Shown piece after piece: positions 1 through 11,751 of a stretch of DNA of 64,000 nt. The notes below the pieces were generated by a model. The model was not told the DNA's origin and made no database searches. It saw only the letters and a list, made by a program, of their open reading frames with translations. The stretch is taken from positions 3,003,567 to 3,067,566 of the forward strand of contig MU053629.1 of the NCBI GenBank assembly GCA_013239625.1. The letters run 5' to 3'. This DNA comes from Lama guanicoe (taxonomy: Eukaryota). The position numbers were made by a program, and so were the translations under genes. Position 1 is the stretch's first letter. Every line of letters begins with the position of its first letter.

Positions 1-1612
1 GACAGTGTGGGGAGGCTCACCGGGAGAGGGCCCCTGAGGAGCCACGGTCGTTAAGTATCTCCATCCCACTGCCTCCCTGGCTCCCTGTCCCTCCTGTAAA
101 ACAAGAGATCACCTGTAGTGAGGCCATGAGTGCCATGCGTCTGGCACTGTTCTGTGTTAGGGCTGCCCTCAGTGACTTCCCTGCAAAGCCGCCCTCTCCC
201 CTCCCATAAGTCAGCCCCACTGTCCCACAGGGTCTCCAGCCAGACAGCGTGGCTCAGGCCAGGGCCACTTCTGGGGGCACCTCCTGTAGGGCCCCACAGC
301 TGGAAGCTCTGAGTGGCACCTCCCTTTGCTCTGTATTCAGCTCCGGCAACTTGACAGATGATGGAGGCAGCTGAGATTCACCACCCACCTGACCGAGTCC
401 TGCTTTCTGTCCCGCTTCCCCAGAGAGCTGCTCCCAACACGCTTCACAGGCCCCTCAAGGGCATCCTCAGGTGCACTCCTGTTCTCCTTGGCACTTTGTC
501 TCTGGGACACTGGTGCAGAAGTGGGAGGCCCGGCAGGAGGGCCGTCAAGGAAAGGCTGGCCTTTGGGCAGAAGCAGGGATTTGGAGTGCAGTGGGGCAGG
601 AGTCTGAGGGCGAGCTGAATGTGACACCAGAGACTGGCCCCTGAGCCCCAGGGAGCTCCCTGACTGACTATTCTGGTTCAGGGACAAATTCTGAGGGCCT
701 CAGAATTTCTCAGACCCTGAAGTGTCTTTTTCACATGCAACGTGGACTTTTGGTTGCTTAAAACAAGCACATTGTACTGTGAAAAGCAGATTCAGTGATC
801 AGACTTCCCCCAGAAGATCCTCACAGGGATCCTGAGTAGACAGTGGGAGAGGCCACCCCCAAGCACCAGCTCTAGAAAAACAGCACCCCCGGGGTCTCAA
901 GAGTGGAGCCTGCAGCACGGGGCAGCCGTGGGCGATCAGTGCGGGCCTGTGCCGGCCTGCGTGCCGTGGAAGAAGCCGTGTCCCTGGCTTATGCTTGGCC
1001 GTCCTCCTGGAGTCACCGACTCTAGCAAAGTCCTGAAGAAAAGGACCTTGTCCTGAGAAGGACTGCAGGGCCCCCTGCCTGGGCCACTTTCACAACCAGC
1101 AGCTGCCCTCTGGCCTACTTGTCCTGACAGGATTATGTGGTGTCCAGGCCAGGCCGAGGTCAGAGGAGATTGACACTAAGGAGATGATCTGGCCACGTGA
1201 GGAGACAAGCGCGGGGGAGCCAGTGACAGGCGTCCCGGGAAGACGGCATGCCTGGTACACGGTGTGGGTGTGCGAGGGGCATGGAATGGCCCTCTCGGGG
1301 AACGACTGCCAACATGCCTGGGACGCGTCCTGCTCAGAGAAGCCGGCCCTGATTCTGCACCCCGAGAATCCAGGAGGGGCTGCGACCGCGCAGGGCTGGG
1401 ATGAAGACCTTGGCTCCCAACACTTTCCAGATACGCACTTCTGTTTCCATCTGCTGTTTCCAAATGGCTGTCCAGGTGTTCCCACCCTTTCCAGGGGTTC
1501 CAACTGTTTCCACAGAGCTGATCCGTGGTCTGAACTCTTGCCCTGGGAAGTGGCTTTACCTCCCCAGAATCCCATTAGAATCCCATGCCTCTTCTGGTGA
1601 TTTCACTTGGAC

Positions 1613-1655
1613 GTGTGTGTGTGTGAGAGAGAGAGAGACGGAGACAGAAAGAGAG
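1613..1655. repeat. (GT)n(GA)n compound microsatellite
   Basis: gtgtgtgtgtgtgagagagagagagacggagacagaaagagag. Confidence 0.9.
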
Positions 1656-2304
1656 AACCTGCTGCTGACCTGGCTTCCTCAGTGGCATGGGAGATGAGAG
1701 GTTAAGGTGTGTGATGAGTGATGAGAAGGAAAGAGGGGAGCTTGGATTTCTCGCCAGCCCCTCCTGCCTACGGTCAGCAGATATTCTCAGCACCAGGCCT
1801 GGAACCAGGAGAGCCCTCCATTGATCAGAGCTACGTGTTGCTCAGCAGCAAACTGCAGTGCTTATCAGTACCAGGGGGGCGCTGGAGCGGTCTGGGTGGT
1901 GGAGGCAGCGGAGTGCGTGCCTCCTGACCCCTCAGCCCTGGCGAGGACCCTCTGAGCAGGCCCTTCAGGACACTGCGAGGGACCACACATGCCAGCGTGA
2001 TGGATCTGCAGGATGGAGCCGACTGCCAGAGATGGCTGCAGCTGAAGCAACCTGATTGTTTAGGAGACAGGTTGACAGGAGGAAATCCCAGACCTACTTA
2101 TGTGTCCTCCCCATCCAGGACCCAGGCAGCGTTTGATCTGCCCGGATTCCCAGACCTTCGCAGTTTGCCTGCATTAGGGACCAGAGGAAACTGAGCGTCC
2201 TTTCTAACTCAGACCCTCCGGAGTGCTGGGCCTCAGCAGTGCGGAGTTGCTTCCTGGGTGGGACAGCTGCTCCCAGCTGCTGCTGCCAGTTCATTGTTGT
2301 TGTC

Positions 2305-2505
2305 ATAGCTAAAACTCACGTAGTGCTTTCTAGGTGCCAGGCAGTGGCTTAAGCATGTTCATATAGAAGTTCACTTATTCCTTTAACAACTCTGTAAGAT
2401 TTTTACAGGTGAAGAATTGAGGTATAAAGGATCACCCAGCTATGTCCACAGCTAGCGAGTGGCAGAACGAGAATTCAAACCCAGGCTGCTGGCTCCAGAA
2501 TCCAA
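2305..2505 (-). mobile_element. MIR SINE remnant
   Basis: gtgccaggca...tttacaggtgaagaattgagg...cacagctag...gaattcaaacccagg MIR-like core. Confidence 0.65.
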
Positions 2506-3625
2506 GCAGGCATGACAATGTTTACCTGCAGCAGTTTAAGTATTTTTATTTATTTCGTCTCATGGACCCCCTCATCAGTGCTCTGAGTATATCATATTGT
2601 TGCCTTTTTGGAGAGGGAACACTGAGGCTTGGAGGGGCACACAGGCTCCCCAGGGTCACCTAACACTCGCAGGGCAGAGCCAGCCTGGAATCTGGAATAG
2701 ACCCCATGGCGCCACTTTGTTCTATCACGTGTGCCATTGTCCTCACCCTCCCGGATTACACAGCTGCGCAGAGGGCCCTCATGAGCCCCTGCCCCTCAGT
2801 CTCTCTGCCTCCCACCTTGAAATTACATAACACACTCGGCATGTTGCCTGGAACATAGTCACATTGAAAGAGAATTGCCTTCCCCATTTTTCTTGACTGG
2901 AAACCAGGGCAGTACTGTTCTGTGCTCGATGCTCTGTGGACCGCCAGCAAGGCACGCAGCGTGAGCAGGGGTCTGCAAAGAGGCCCTGCTCGGGCTCCGG
3001 GCTCAGGGGCCAAAAGGGCTGTGGTAGGAAGCTTGGTGATCGGCTGTTTGCCCTTCCCCACTGGGGAGGGAAGGCTCATGAACATGGTCACCAGTAGTGC
3101 CCCTCGAGCCATAGAAAAGCTTCTAGTAAATTCATAGAAAGTAACCTGCAGAGGACCTTATAGACAGTCTAGTCCAAGGATGGCAAAAATGTCTCCTTGC
3201 CATTATTTCTTCATTCCCTGCCAACCATAGACATCATCGATGAATTACGGTACTCTCCTAGCAAGCTTGGATCAGAATTCCCAGTTCAGCACCCAAGCAG
3301 CCATCACTTGGGTTCATAAAGGAAATAAATCCTATTTGTTGTCCGCAAGTCCAACCATGTCATTTTACCAGAAGCGATACAGAAGGGAAGTGACTTGCTC
3401 AAGGTCACAGCCAGTTAGTGACAGTGTAGGGAATTTAAGGTAAAAGTTTGGGAATGGGGCATCATGAGTAAGCCTAGTAGGACCAGAGTCCAGACCTTGC
3501 AACCTGCAGGCCAGCCTCTTTCCACCCACCGCAGCTACTCTGGCTGTCAGCTGACTAGCCTAACTATAGAGGGCAGCAGGGACGCTGTAGTCCTGGATAA
3601 GATGTGTTTCCTTTCTCATTCGCAG

Positions 3626-3706
3626 CCCAGTCCTCCAAGGACAAAGAGGAGAGCTCAAATCAGGAGGCCAAAGCCAAGCCTCAGGCCAAAGCAGAGAACA
3701 AACCAG
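3626..3706 (+). CDS. SLC24A1: SLC24A1 exon (approx. exon 5, cytoplasmic loop), 81 nt, phase 1-1
   Basis: ttctcattcgcag|CCCAG...AAACCAG|gtgaga; encodes [26 protein letters not shown]. Confidence 0.85.
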
Positions 3707-6700
3707 GTGAGAGGATAGTTGGACCAGTATTTTTTTCCTGCCCCCTTCCTCCCTCCCGTGAGGCAGGGACTGAGGCGCGCCCCTTGGCCACTCTGAGCCA
3801 GTCAGCTGGAATGCTGAGCTGGTGCTGCCCTGCCCTCCGCTGTACTCCGGCCTCCTCCTTCAGGGTGCTCCCTTCCTGGCCTGGCTGCAGCTCCCTCCAC
3901 GCTCTCCTCAGACGGGGTAGGCAAGGCCTGGCCCGGGGGTTGTTGAACATCTACTTCTTTTTTGCTAAATCTTGTCCCACGTGAGATTCTGTTGGGCTGT
4001 TTCTTCTTCCCGTCACTTCTACACACAGACAGTGCTGCTAGGGATTGGTCTGAGAGCAGCAACCCCAGTGAGGGAAGGCCATCAAGGGGCTTGGTGACAT
4101 AGCCGCCCAGCATCTGTGTGGCAGCTGGGATCGGGGAGTGAGACAGCTACTGCCCTGTGGACTCAGCACAGCACCCCAGGCCTGCTTGATCCACCCGGCA
4201 ACCCCCAGAGGGAGTGGACTAGCAGTCATTGTTCCCATTCTGTAGACAAGGAAACTGAGGCTCAGAGAGGTCAAGTGACTTTCCTAAAGCCACACAGCCA
4301 AGAGATAGCCTGTACCTAAAACCAGATCTCCAGGCTTTCCAAGTCTCCCTTCCCCGCAATCCAATTCCAAGGCTCCCCAGCTGCTGCCTTTGAAATCTCG
4401 GCTCCTCTCCTTGCAGTTGGTGGTGGGAAGGGTCAGGCCCTGAGGGCTGGGGCTTTGCCCTCTCTCTCAGGCTGTTCACAGTATTCTTGGCTACCTGGCC
4501 AGGATGGAAATATTTGTGCATCCAGGGAGAGAAATTTCCCAGCTGTTCTCTCATCTGTAGACATCTCTATGGACAGGACAATAGCAATTCACATCACATA
4601 ATTTTACTTTTCCTTTTAACAAGAAATTCCCCAAACAAACCTACTGAGACCCTGAAGGGGACAAGTCCAGTAGCCCTGTAGCCACTCACACCAGCCTTGC
4701 CAGCTGCCCTCAGAAGCTGGTACATGCTTCTAACCTGTCCCATGTTTATCCTTTAAAGAGGAGGAGCCAGCCAAGCTCCCTGCAGTCACGGTCACACCAG
4801 CGCCTGCTCCAGACGTCAAGGGAGATCAGGAGGAGGATCCTGGCAGCCAGGTAGGCACAAACCTCTTCCCAGGAGGAGAAATTTTAGAGGCCCAGGAACC
4901 TCAAGTGCTGACCAAAAATCCTTCCTTCCTGAAGGTTTGAAATGCTATTTGAGGTTCATTCCTCTGGAGTAAGCCTTGCCCCTTCTCTGAAGATCAGATA
5001 CTTCATGGTGCCAGTTAATTCACCATAAGGCCTTAGTATGAGTGAGATAATACACATGAGAATGATACAAAATACAAAAAAAGAGAATGTGTTGCCAACT
5101 GTCGCATCCTGTGAAAACATAAAAGAGTAGCTGCTAAGGGGTCTGTCAGCAACTAGGGGACAGTGAGACCAGGCATCTCAAAACGCAGGGACCTTCCGAG
5201 CTACCTCAGCCTTGTTCCGGGGCTTCCTAAGTCCTGACACTGCTTCGCAGCCTCACAGCCTCTTTTTCCACCATGCTCCTCTACCTCCCGGCCTGGCTCA
5301 CGTGGCTTCCTTCCTCTACAGTGCCTTTTCCCCTCCATCTTCATATATCTTAATCTCACCCACCCCTGCAAGCTAGTGTAAATGCTTCTTTTCTTTTTTC
5401 TTTTTTTTGCCACGAAGCTTCCTTGATTCCCCCAGTCTGAATGCCTAAAGTACTTTGCCCTCTCTTTAGGCTCTTATCACTGCCTCCCTTGTACTCTGTG
5501 AGTGCCTCTTAGTTTCCCTGTTGGTGGTCAGGTTCCTGAAGGCAGGATCCAAGTCTGAGTCATCTCTGTCTACCCCCTAGAGCGAAACGCAAGGCCCCGC
5601 ATTCAGCTGTGCTCAATAAGGATTGAGTGACTGACAGTAAATAAGTATTTAGTTTGCAAGTTCCATCCTTGTTTGTTTTTTCTATTCGACATCCAGAAAC
5701 ACTCAGTTAGATCTCATCGTTAAGCCAGCAACGTTGGGCTCAGTGTCCAAAACTCTTCAGTGGTATCATGAGTGTCCCGAGTAGGCCAATTACAGCCGGG
5801 TCAAGTAAAGAGGATTAAGAGGGTACAGAGGTATCTCCTGGAATCCCAGGGCAGGAAGTGAAGCTTGGTCCCACAAGGAGGTGGGCCTAGGCCTGAGAAG
5901 GCATCTGTGACCTGGTGGCCCTCCCGCATGTCCCCTTCTCTGTGGGCATGCTCTATCACTCGGTCTCTCCTGGCAGCCTGCCTCCATCTGCTTCCTTATT
6001 AGCATACATAGACTTAAACCACTACCCCAGTGCCCCAGTCCACAGGGGGACCAACCAGTGACTGGCTCTGAGTCTCAGAAGAGAGTGAATCCATTCAAAC
6101 CAGGTCAGGAATCCAACCTATGTCCAATCGGCTGTGGCAGGGACAGGTGGGGTGTTTTGACTCCAACATGGAAGAAGGGAGCAACCTATGCAGGGGCTGG
6201 TAGGGATGACAGTTCTTAAAGAAGAGCGTGCAGGCCGGGCAGACAGTCCCACACCTGTCAATCTAAATGACTTATCATCTCCTCTAGGAAGCTGCCCCTC
6301 CTGATGGGGGTTGGGGAGGGAAGGCAAGAATTACTTCAGACTCAAATCTTCTCACTCTTCATTCCCAACTAAAAGCACAGATACTAATATTTGACTTCTT
6401 CATTGAGTGCTCTGAACCCTGGTTTCATTTTAGAATAATTTGGGGAAGCTTTGAAAACTGCCCAGGCCCCGCTTTCAACTAATTAAGTCGGAATATCTGG
6501 GGTAGGTCCTTGGGCATAAATGTTTTTAAATCCCCTAAGTGATTTTAATATGCAGCAAAGTTGCGAATCACTGAGCATCCCTTGGGGACTGGCAGTGTCA
6601 TGAAACTCATTACAGACAGCATGCTCCACGAGCACACAGCCTGGGCCATCTGTGTAAGGGACTAGTCCAGCGCGTTGTTACAGGTTAAGTCAGGAGCCCA

Positions 6701-9700
6701 GTCTGAGGACCCTCAGAATCAATGGCTGTTAGAGTGCGTGGAGTCAGTCCGTGGTTCCCAGACACTGGTCTGCAGGTGCAGTGGGCATATCAAACCAGAT
6801 CCCTGGCTCCAGTCCTAGAGATTCTACTTCAGTTGGTCCAAGTGGGGCAAGGAAATCTGTATTTCTAATAAGCTCCCCAGACCACCAGGTCTGGGAACCA
6901 AAGATATCATTTGGCCCCAGTATTTGCAAAGCAGGGTATCTTGGTGGTTACGAGTTGGAGTTTTAACCATATTCAAATGGCAGCTTCATCATTTACAAAC
7001 TGTGCGGACCACGGGCAAATTATTTGACTCCTTTGTACCCTAGTTTCTTCATCTGCCAGATAGGTTTAGCTCTACATATAATCATAAGTTAATTGACTCA
7101 TGACACATAGTAAGTGCTAGTTGTTGTTGTTGCTGTTATTATTACGCCACTTAGCATGACGCCTGGTACATGAAAATCCTCAAATAGGTATCATTGCCAT
7201 CATTCTTTGATACATATAAGATAGCACAAGAGTTAAGGAGTTTAGTGGACTTAGCAATGTGAAGTGACCACCGAAAAAAATATTAGGCAACATTAATGGA
7301 CGCACACTGTCTAAGACTCTGTGAGGTGTTCTGTGTTGCTTTAGAGACCTCCTTGTGGGGTATAAGCTAGTTAGAATGAGTTCACCAAGAAGGGAAGGAG
7401 GCTCTGGGCCACAGTACGGGGAGCAATGGAAGGACCTAGGGGTCTAACCCAGGGAAGAGAGCTGTCTCGTGGGAGAGTGATTAGCCTTGTTCTGTGTGGC
7501 TCCAAAGAGTAAACCTGTCTATACACAGGGAGCAGAACCTTGGTATGAATATGGCCTTCATACCAGAGTTGTCAAGATGACAGAAACGGCTTTAGGGGGT
7601 GAGTACTCCTGTCCCTAGAAATGATCCAATAAAGACCAGACAACCACAGGGTGGGAGTGTTGTGAAGGGAGTTTTGCTGAATGCACTGGTTTCCTCCTCG
7701 TATTCGAGCGAAAAATGCTGGGGGGAATCTGAGAAGGAAAGGAGCAGAGCAGTTATTACACATGAATCTGTTGGTTTGGGCTGCAGGGAGGAGATGCGGC
7801 TGGAGCTGAGAGCACAGGTGAAAGGGCAGGTGATGAGGCTGAAGCTCCTGCGGGTGAAAATGGAGAGCAGAGTGGAGGTGATGCTCGACTAGAAGGCGAA
7901 GGTGAAGTCGAAGCAGAAGGAAAAGAGGAGGATGAAGGTGAAGGTGACATCCAAGCAGAAAGGAAAGGAGATGACGAAGGTGAAGGTGAAGATGAAGCAG
8001 AGGGAAGAGAGGAGGATGAAGGTGAAGGTGAAGTCGAAGCAGAAGGAAAAGAGGAGGATGAAGGTGAACGTGACATCCAAGCAGAAACAAAAGGAGATGA
8101 CGAAGGTGAAGGTGAAGCAGAGGGAAGAGAGGAAGATGAAGGTGAATGTGACATCCAAGCAGAAACGAAAGGAGATGATGAAGGTGAAGTCCAAACAGGA
8201 GAAGATGGTGAAATGAAAGGTGAAACTGGAGAGCAGGAATTCAATGCTGAAAATCAAGGTGGAGCTGAAGAGGATGAGAAAGGTATAAATGATGAAGAGG
8301 GAGGCGATGGAGGTGACAGTGAAGACAAGGGGGAGGAGGAAGAGGATGAGGAGGATGAGGAGGAAGAGGAAGAGGAGGAGGAAGAAGAGGAGGAGGAGGA
8401 GGAAAATGAGAAGCCTTTGTCACTGGAATGGCCTAAGACCAGGCAGAAGCAGGCTATTTACCTCTTTCTCCTGCCCATTGTGTTCCCGCTGTGGCTGACG
8501 GTGCCCGACGTCCGGAGGCTGGTGAGTTTGCCCTGCCGTGTATCCCGCGGGAGGCTGTGGGGTCTCCAGGCACTCCCGCTGGAGGTGGGAAGGGACAGGA
8601 CAAGTCAGCGTGGCAGGGCTCCACAGCAGAGAGGGTCTGAGACGGAATATGCAGCCCCGGAGGGGACCACGCCCCTGGAGGGACACATGGATAGGTTTGG
8701 GAGGCCCTAGAATGTGCTTATTTCATAACATCCACTGTAAGCAATGTGAACTCATCCCTCCTTGAATTCTGTCTCAGCTTCTTGATTTTAATATGGGGAA
8801 TGCTGCCACTACACCCCCTCCATATTTCACAGGGATATTGTGAGAAACTAGCGTAGTAAGTGCCAGCATTCCTATTTATCAGGAAAGATCTGACTAACAT
8901 ACTCCACACAAAGGGGGACCATATTCTGTCTCCTGGTCAGCAGAGGGGCAGGGTGGGGAGAGGTTTCAAAAGCCAAACCAAACACCTATATTGGTCTGGT
9001 TTTAGGGCAAATAGGTCTCTTTCGTTTGGCACCTGCTGAACCCCCTACTGTCTGGATGCCCCTATGGGACCAACCTCATCCTTCTCCAGACATCTCACGG
9101 TCCTCACTGGAGAAAGAGATCTCAGCTCAAACATCTCCAGATCCTCTCCATCACTCCTCCAAGCATCTCGTCACTGATCTTGAGGCTCCCTCAGACGGGC
9201 CAAAGACCTTTAGCCTCCAAAACTTATTTCTCTTCCTTTTCCAACTTTCCAACAGGAGGCTAGGAAGTTTTTTGTTATCACCTTCCTGGGATCCATCGTG
9301 TGGATAGCCATGTTCTCATACCTCATGGTGTGGTGGGCTCACCAGGTGAGTGTGCAGCGGGAACCAAATCCTGCATCTGTGGGTCAAAAGAGCTTTTCCT
9401 TCAGGAAGAATTTCCAGTACCCAGGCAATGGTGAGGACCAAGGGAATTTGTAGTTTATACATTGTTTGTAAAGGCTTAAAAGTAGACTTTACATTCCAAT
9501 GAATGTAGTACTTCTTGGTTTTTTCTTTGGAGAGGGTGGTAATTAGATTTATTTACTTATTTAATGGAGGTATTGGGGATTGAACCCAGGACCTTGCACA
9601 TGCTAGGCAGGCACGCTGCCACTGAGCTACACCCTCCCCCCGTGAGTGTGACTCTTCTGCTTTGTAAAGTATTCACACTGTAGCCTGACAGGAGGCCCTT

Positions 9701-11751
9701 CACAACCTGATCCAGCTGAACATTTTTAGCTTCATTCCCAGCTTTCTCTGGCCCCCCTTCTCTCCATCTGATGACATCAGTTTTGCCTCCTCTCGGGCCC
9801 TTATTCAGTCTCCGAGTGCCCACGGGTTTCCTGCTCTACCGGGAGCACTTTGCTGCTCTGTGCTGACGGAACTGCGGCTGCCGCTTACAGGCTTTTCTCT
9901 TTCACTAAGCGGAGAGCAGGCCAGTGTTGCACTGCTCATCCTTCTGCCTCCAGCCTCTAAAAAGTTGCTGGCGTTATAGGTGCGCATGGTTCTGGAAATG
10001 GACGTGTGACGTGAACAGGCCTTTGGAGGGGCAGTTCTTTGGGGAAAGCAGAGGCGCTGTAGTTGGAATGACAGCAGGTGGTGTCATAGGTGGGCTTTTA
10101 GTCCCGTTTAGAGAAGAGCGGTGTCATTCACTGACGCCTTGAGCAGGGGCCCTATTCTTTATTCTTTCTTCTCCGTGCCCCCCACCCCCCACCCAGGGCA
10201 TTAGTTCTGCCGTGATCCTTCCTCACTCAGGCCAAGGGAGTGTCAGCTCCCTGGAAGGTGTTGGCTTTGCACAAAGTAGTATGTGGTTGGTGCTTTGAAG
10301 AGCCTCACGTTTTTCACCTGCTGCTTCCAGGTTTCTCACTGCTGTTACTGTTTACCAGGTTGGTGAAACAATAGGGATTTCTGAAGAGATTATGGGTCTG
10401 ACAATCCTAGCGGCAGGCACGTCAATCCCCGACCTCATCACCAGCGTGATCGTCGCTCGGAAAGGCCTGGGAGACATGGCCGTGTCCAGCTCTGTGGGCA
10501 GTAACATATTTGACATCACCGTGGGGTGAGTGGCAAAGTTGCTTTTTAAGGCACATTAAGTACGACTGGAAAACACTGTTGGCTGTGTGTGCTGGGTTCC
10601 TGCTGCATTCGTTACACGTGGCATAAAAGGGCACTGATAGGAGTTTCTGCAAGGCCATGAAGTACCCTCCCTTCATTCACCACAGCCAGATAGGATAACA
10701 GAACTGAAATGCTGTGTGAAATGTAACTGACTGGAATTCACAGGTGAGTTGAAGAATGAAGTCCATTAAATTCCACTACAAAATGCAGTCAAGTGCTTTG
10801 CTCAACTGACCTCCAAGGTGGTGGAGGTGGGGCTGGACGGAGCAGTGACTCACTCTCACTTCCTGATATTCCTGCTCCTTTGCATTGGGATTCCTGCCAG
10901 CCCAGAGGCTCTAAAAGCATTTTGTATAAACAAGCAAATGCCACATCCCCCTGCACAGATTCCCTTACCCTCTCCTCCCATCTTCAGAGCAGAGCACCTG
11001 CCCTATTTTCATTTCCCCAGTCATGTCCTGGATTTGGGTGGTGGCTTTGGTTTCTTTAATTTGAATTTGTCTATGTGTGTATTTGCTGGGTGCAGTAGGT
11101 AAAAGTGCACAGGAGGGCCCTGATTAGTACAGAATTCAAAGAAATGTTACCCTCAGCTAGGCCTTATAATAACTGATGGAGAGGTCACACTGTCACACAT
11201 CTACCAACTTGGGTTAGTCACACCGGAGTCATGAAGTGTGAGGGAACCAAACTCAGCCCCAGAAAACCTCAGTTTCAATGTGGGCTCTCCCAGTTACTAG
11301 CTGTGAGTCCTCGGGCATGTAATTTAATTTCCTTGAACCTTAGTTGCCTCACGTGTGAAATGGAGCTGATATTTTCTGCTCTGCTTCATAGGTTTGTGTG
11401 TATGTGTAAAAATAAGTGCTTTGAAAATTGTAAAACACTGTGAAGTGCATGGAATTATTATCACCGTGAAGAACACTGACATTGTTTCTTCCGCCTTGCA
11501 GCCTGCCCCTTCCGTGGATGCTTTTCTCTCTTATCAGCGGACTGCAGCCTGTCCCGGTCAGCAGCAATGGCTTGTTTTGTGCAATTGTGTTGCTTTTTCT
11601 CATGCTCCTGTTTGTGATCTCCTCAATCGCATTATGCAAATGGAGGATGAACAAGATCCTGGGCTTCACCATGTTCCTCCTGTACTTTGTATTCCTCGTC
11701 ATCAGCGTGATGTTAGAGGATCGAATCATATCCTGTCCTGTGTCTGTGTGA
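3626..11751 (+). CDS. SLC24A1: SLC24A1/NCKX1 sodium/potassium/calcium exchanger 1, 3' portion (6 coding exons joined; 5' exons lie upstream of the window)
   Basis: Exons 3626-3706, 4759-4850, 7787-8521, 9256-9345, 10359-10525 and 11502-11751 join in frame with GT-AG introns. They encode the acidic loop, PLSLEWP, the alpha-2 repeat [17 protein letters not shown] and the C-terminus [11 protein letters not shown] typical of NCKX1. Confidence 0.97.
4225..4335 (-). mobile_element. MIR SINE remnant
   Basis: cccattctgtagacaaggaaactgaggctcagagaggtcaagtgactttcctaaagccacacagc. Confidence 0.75.
4759..4850 (+). CDS. SLC24A1: SLC24A1 exon (approx. exon 6), 92 nt
   Basis: ctttaaag|AGGAGGAGCCA...AGCCAG|gtaggc; encodes [31 protein letters not shown]. 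Confidence 0.9.
6405..6575. mobile_element. MER5-like hAT-Charlie DNA transposon remnant
   Basis: tagaataatttggggaagctttgaaaa...gtgattttaatatgcagcaaagttgcgaatcactg. Confidence 0.6.
6750..6900. mobile_element. MER5A1-like hAT-Charlie MITE
   Basis: Perfect 12-bp terminal inverted pair tggttcccagac / gtctgggaacca; internal atctgtatttctaataagctcccca. Confidence 0.7.
7787..8521 (+). CDS. SLC24A1: SLC24A1 exon (approx. exon 7): acidic repeats, poly-Glu and start of second TM cluster, 735 nt
   Basis: ctgcag|GGAGGA...AGGCTG|gtgagt; same frame as ORF 8213-8710; ends [36 protein letters not shown]. Confidence 0.95.
7892..8194 (+). repeat. Coding minisatellite, ~42-bp (14-aa) units in SLC24A1
   Basis: Units start at 7892, 7934, 7976, 8018, 8060, 8102, 8138 and 8180, each beginning GAAGG(T/C)GAA. 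Confidence 0.9.
8333..8404 (+). repeat. (GAG/GAA/GAT)n poly-acidic tract in SLC24A1
   Basis: Encodes 24 consecutive Glu/Asp. Confidence 0.92.
9256..9345 (+). CDS. SLC24A1: SLC24A1 exon (approx. exon 8), 90 nt
   Basis: ttccaacag|GAG...CACCAG|gtgagt; [30 protein letters not shown]. Confidence 0.96.
9515..9640 (-). mobile_element. tRNA-derived SINE (Vic-1-like)
   Basis: Reverse complement GGGGAGGGTGTAGCTCAGTGGCAG...GGGTTCAATCCCCAATACCTCCATT with A/B boxes and A-rich tail. Confidence 0.85.
10359..10525 (+). CDS. SLC24A1: SLC24A1 exon (approx. exon 9, alpha-2 repeat), 167 nt
   Basis: tttaccag|GTT...GTGGG|gtgagt; [55 protein letters not shown]. Confidence 0.97.
11270..11445 (+). mobile_element. 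MIR SINE remnant
   Basis: ttactagctgtgagtcctcgggcatgtaatttaatttccttgaaccttagttgcctcacgtgtgaaatggag. Confidence 0.7.
11502..11751 (+). CDS. SLC24A1: SLC24A1 last coding exon
   Basis: ccttgcag|C CTG CCC...; [26 protein letters not shown]...[14 protein letters not shown] at 11749-11751. Confidence 0.96.

Noticed and set aside
17..3600. Many 60-160 aa ORFs in the first 3.6 kb
   Set aside because: GC-rich SLC24A1 intron; no recognisable domain or exon structure; upstream NCKX1 exons not found here
7892..8194. Regularly spaced repeats reminiscent of a CRISPR array
   Set aside because: Eukaryotic coding minisatellite with no unique spacers and no cas genes
7572..8257. Long His/Leu-, Ser/Pro-, Phe- and Lys-rich ORFs in other frames and on the antisense strand of SLC24A1 exon 7
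   Set aside because: By-products of the purine-rich coding repeat, which lacks stops in several frames; no independent gene signals
10321..10358. Alternative acceptor cttccag 28 nt upstream of the SLC24A1 alpha-2 exon
   Set aside because: Would frameshift the essential alpha-2 repeat; no support for use
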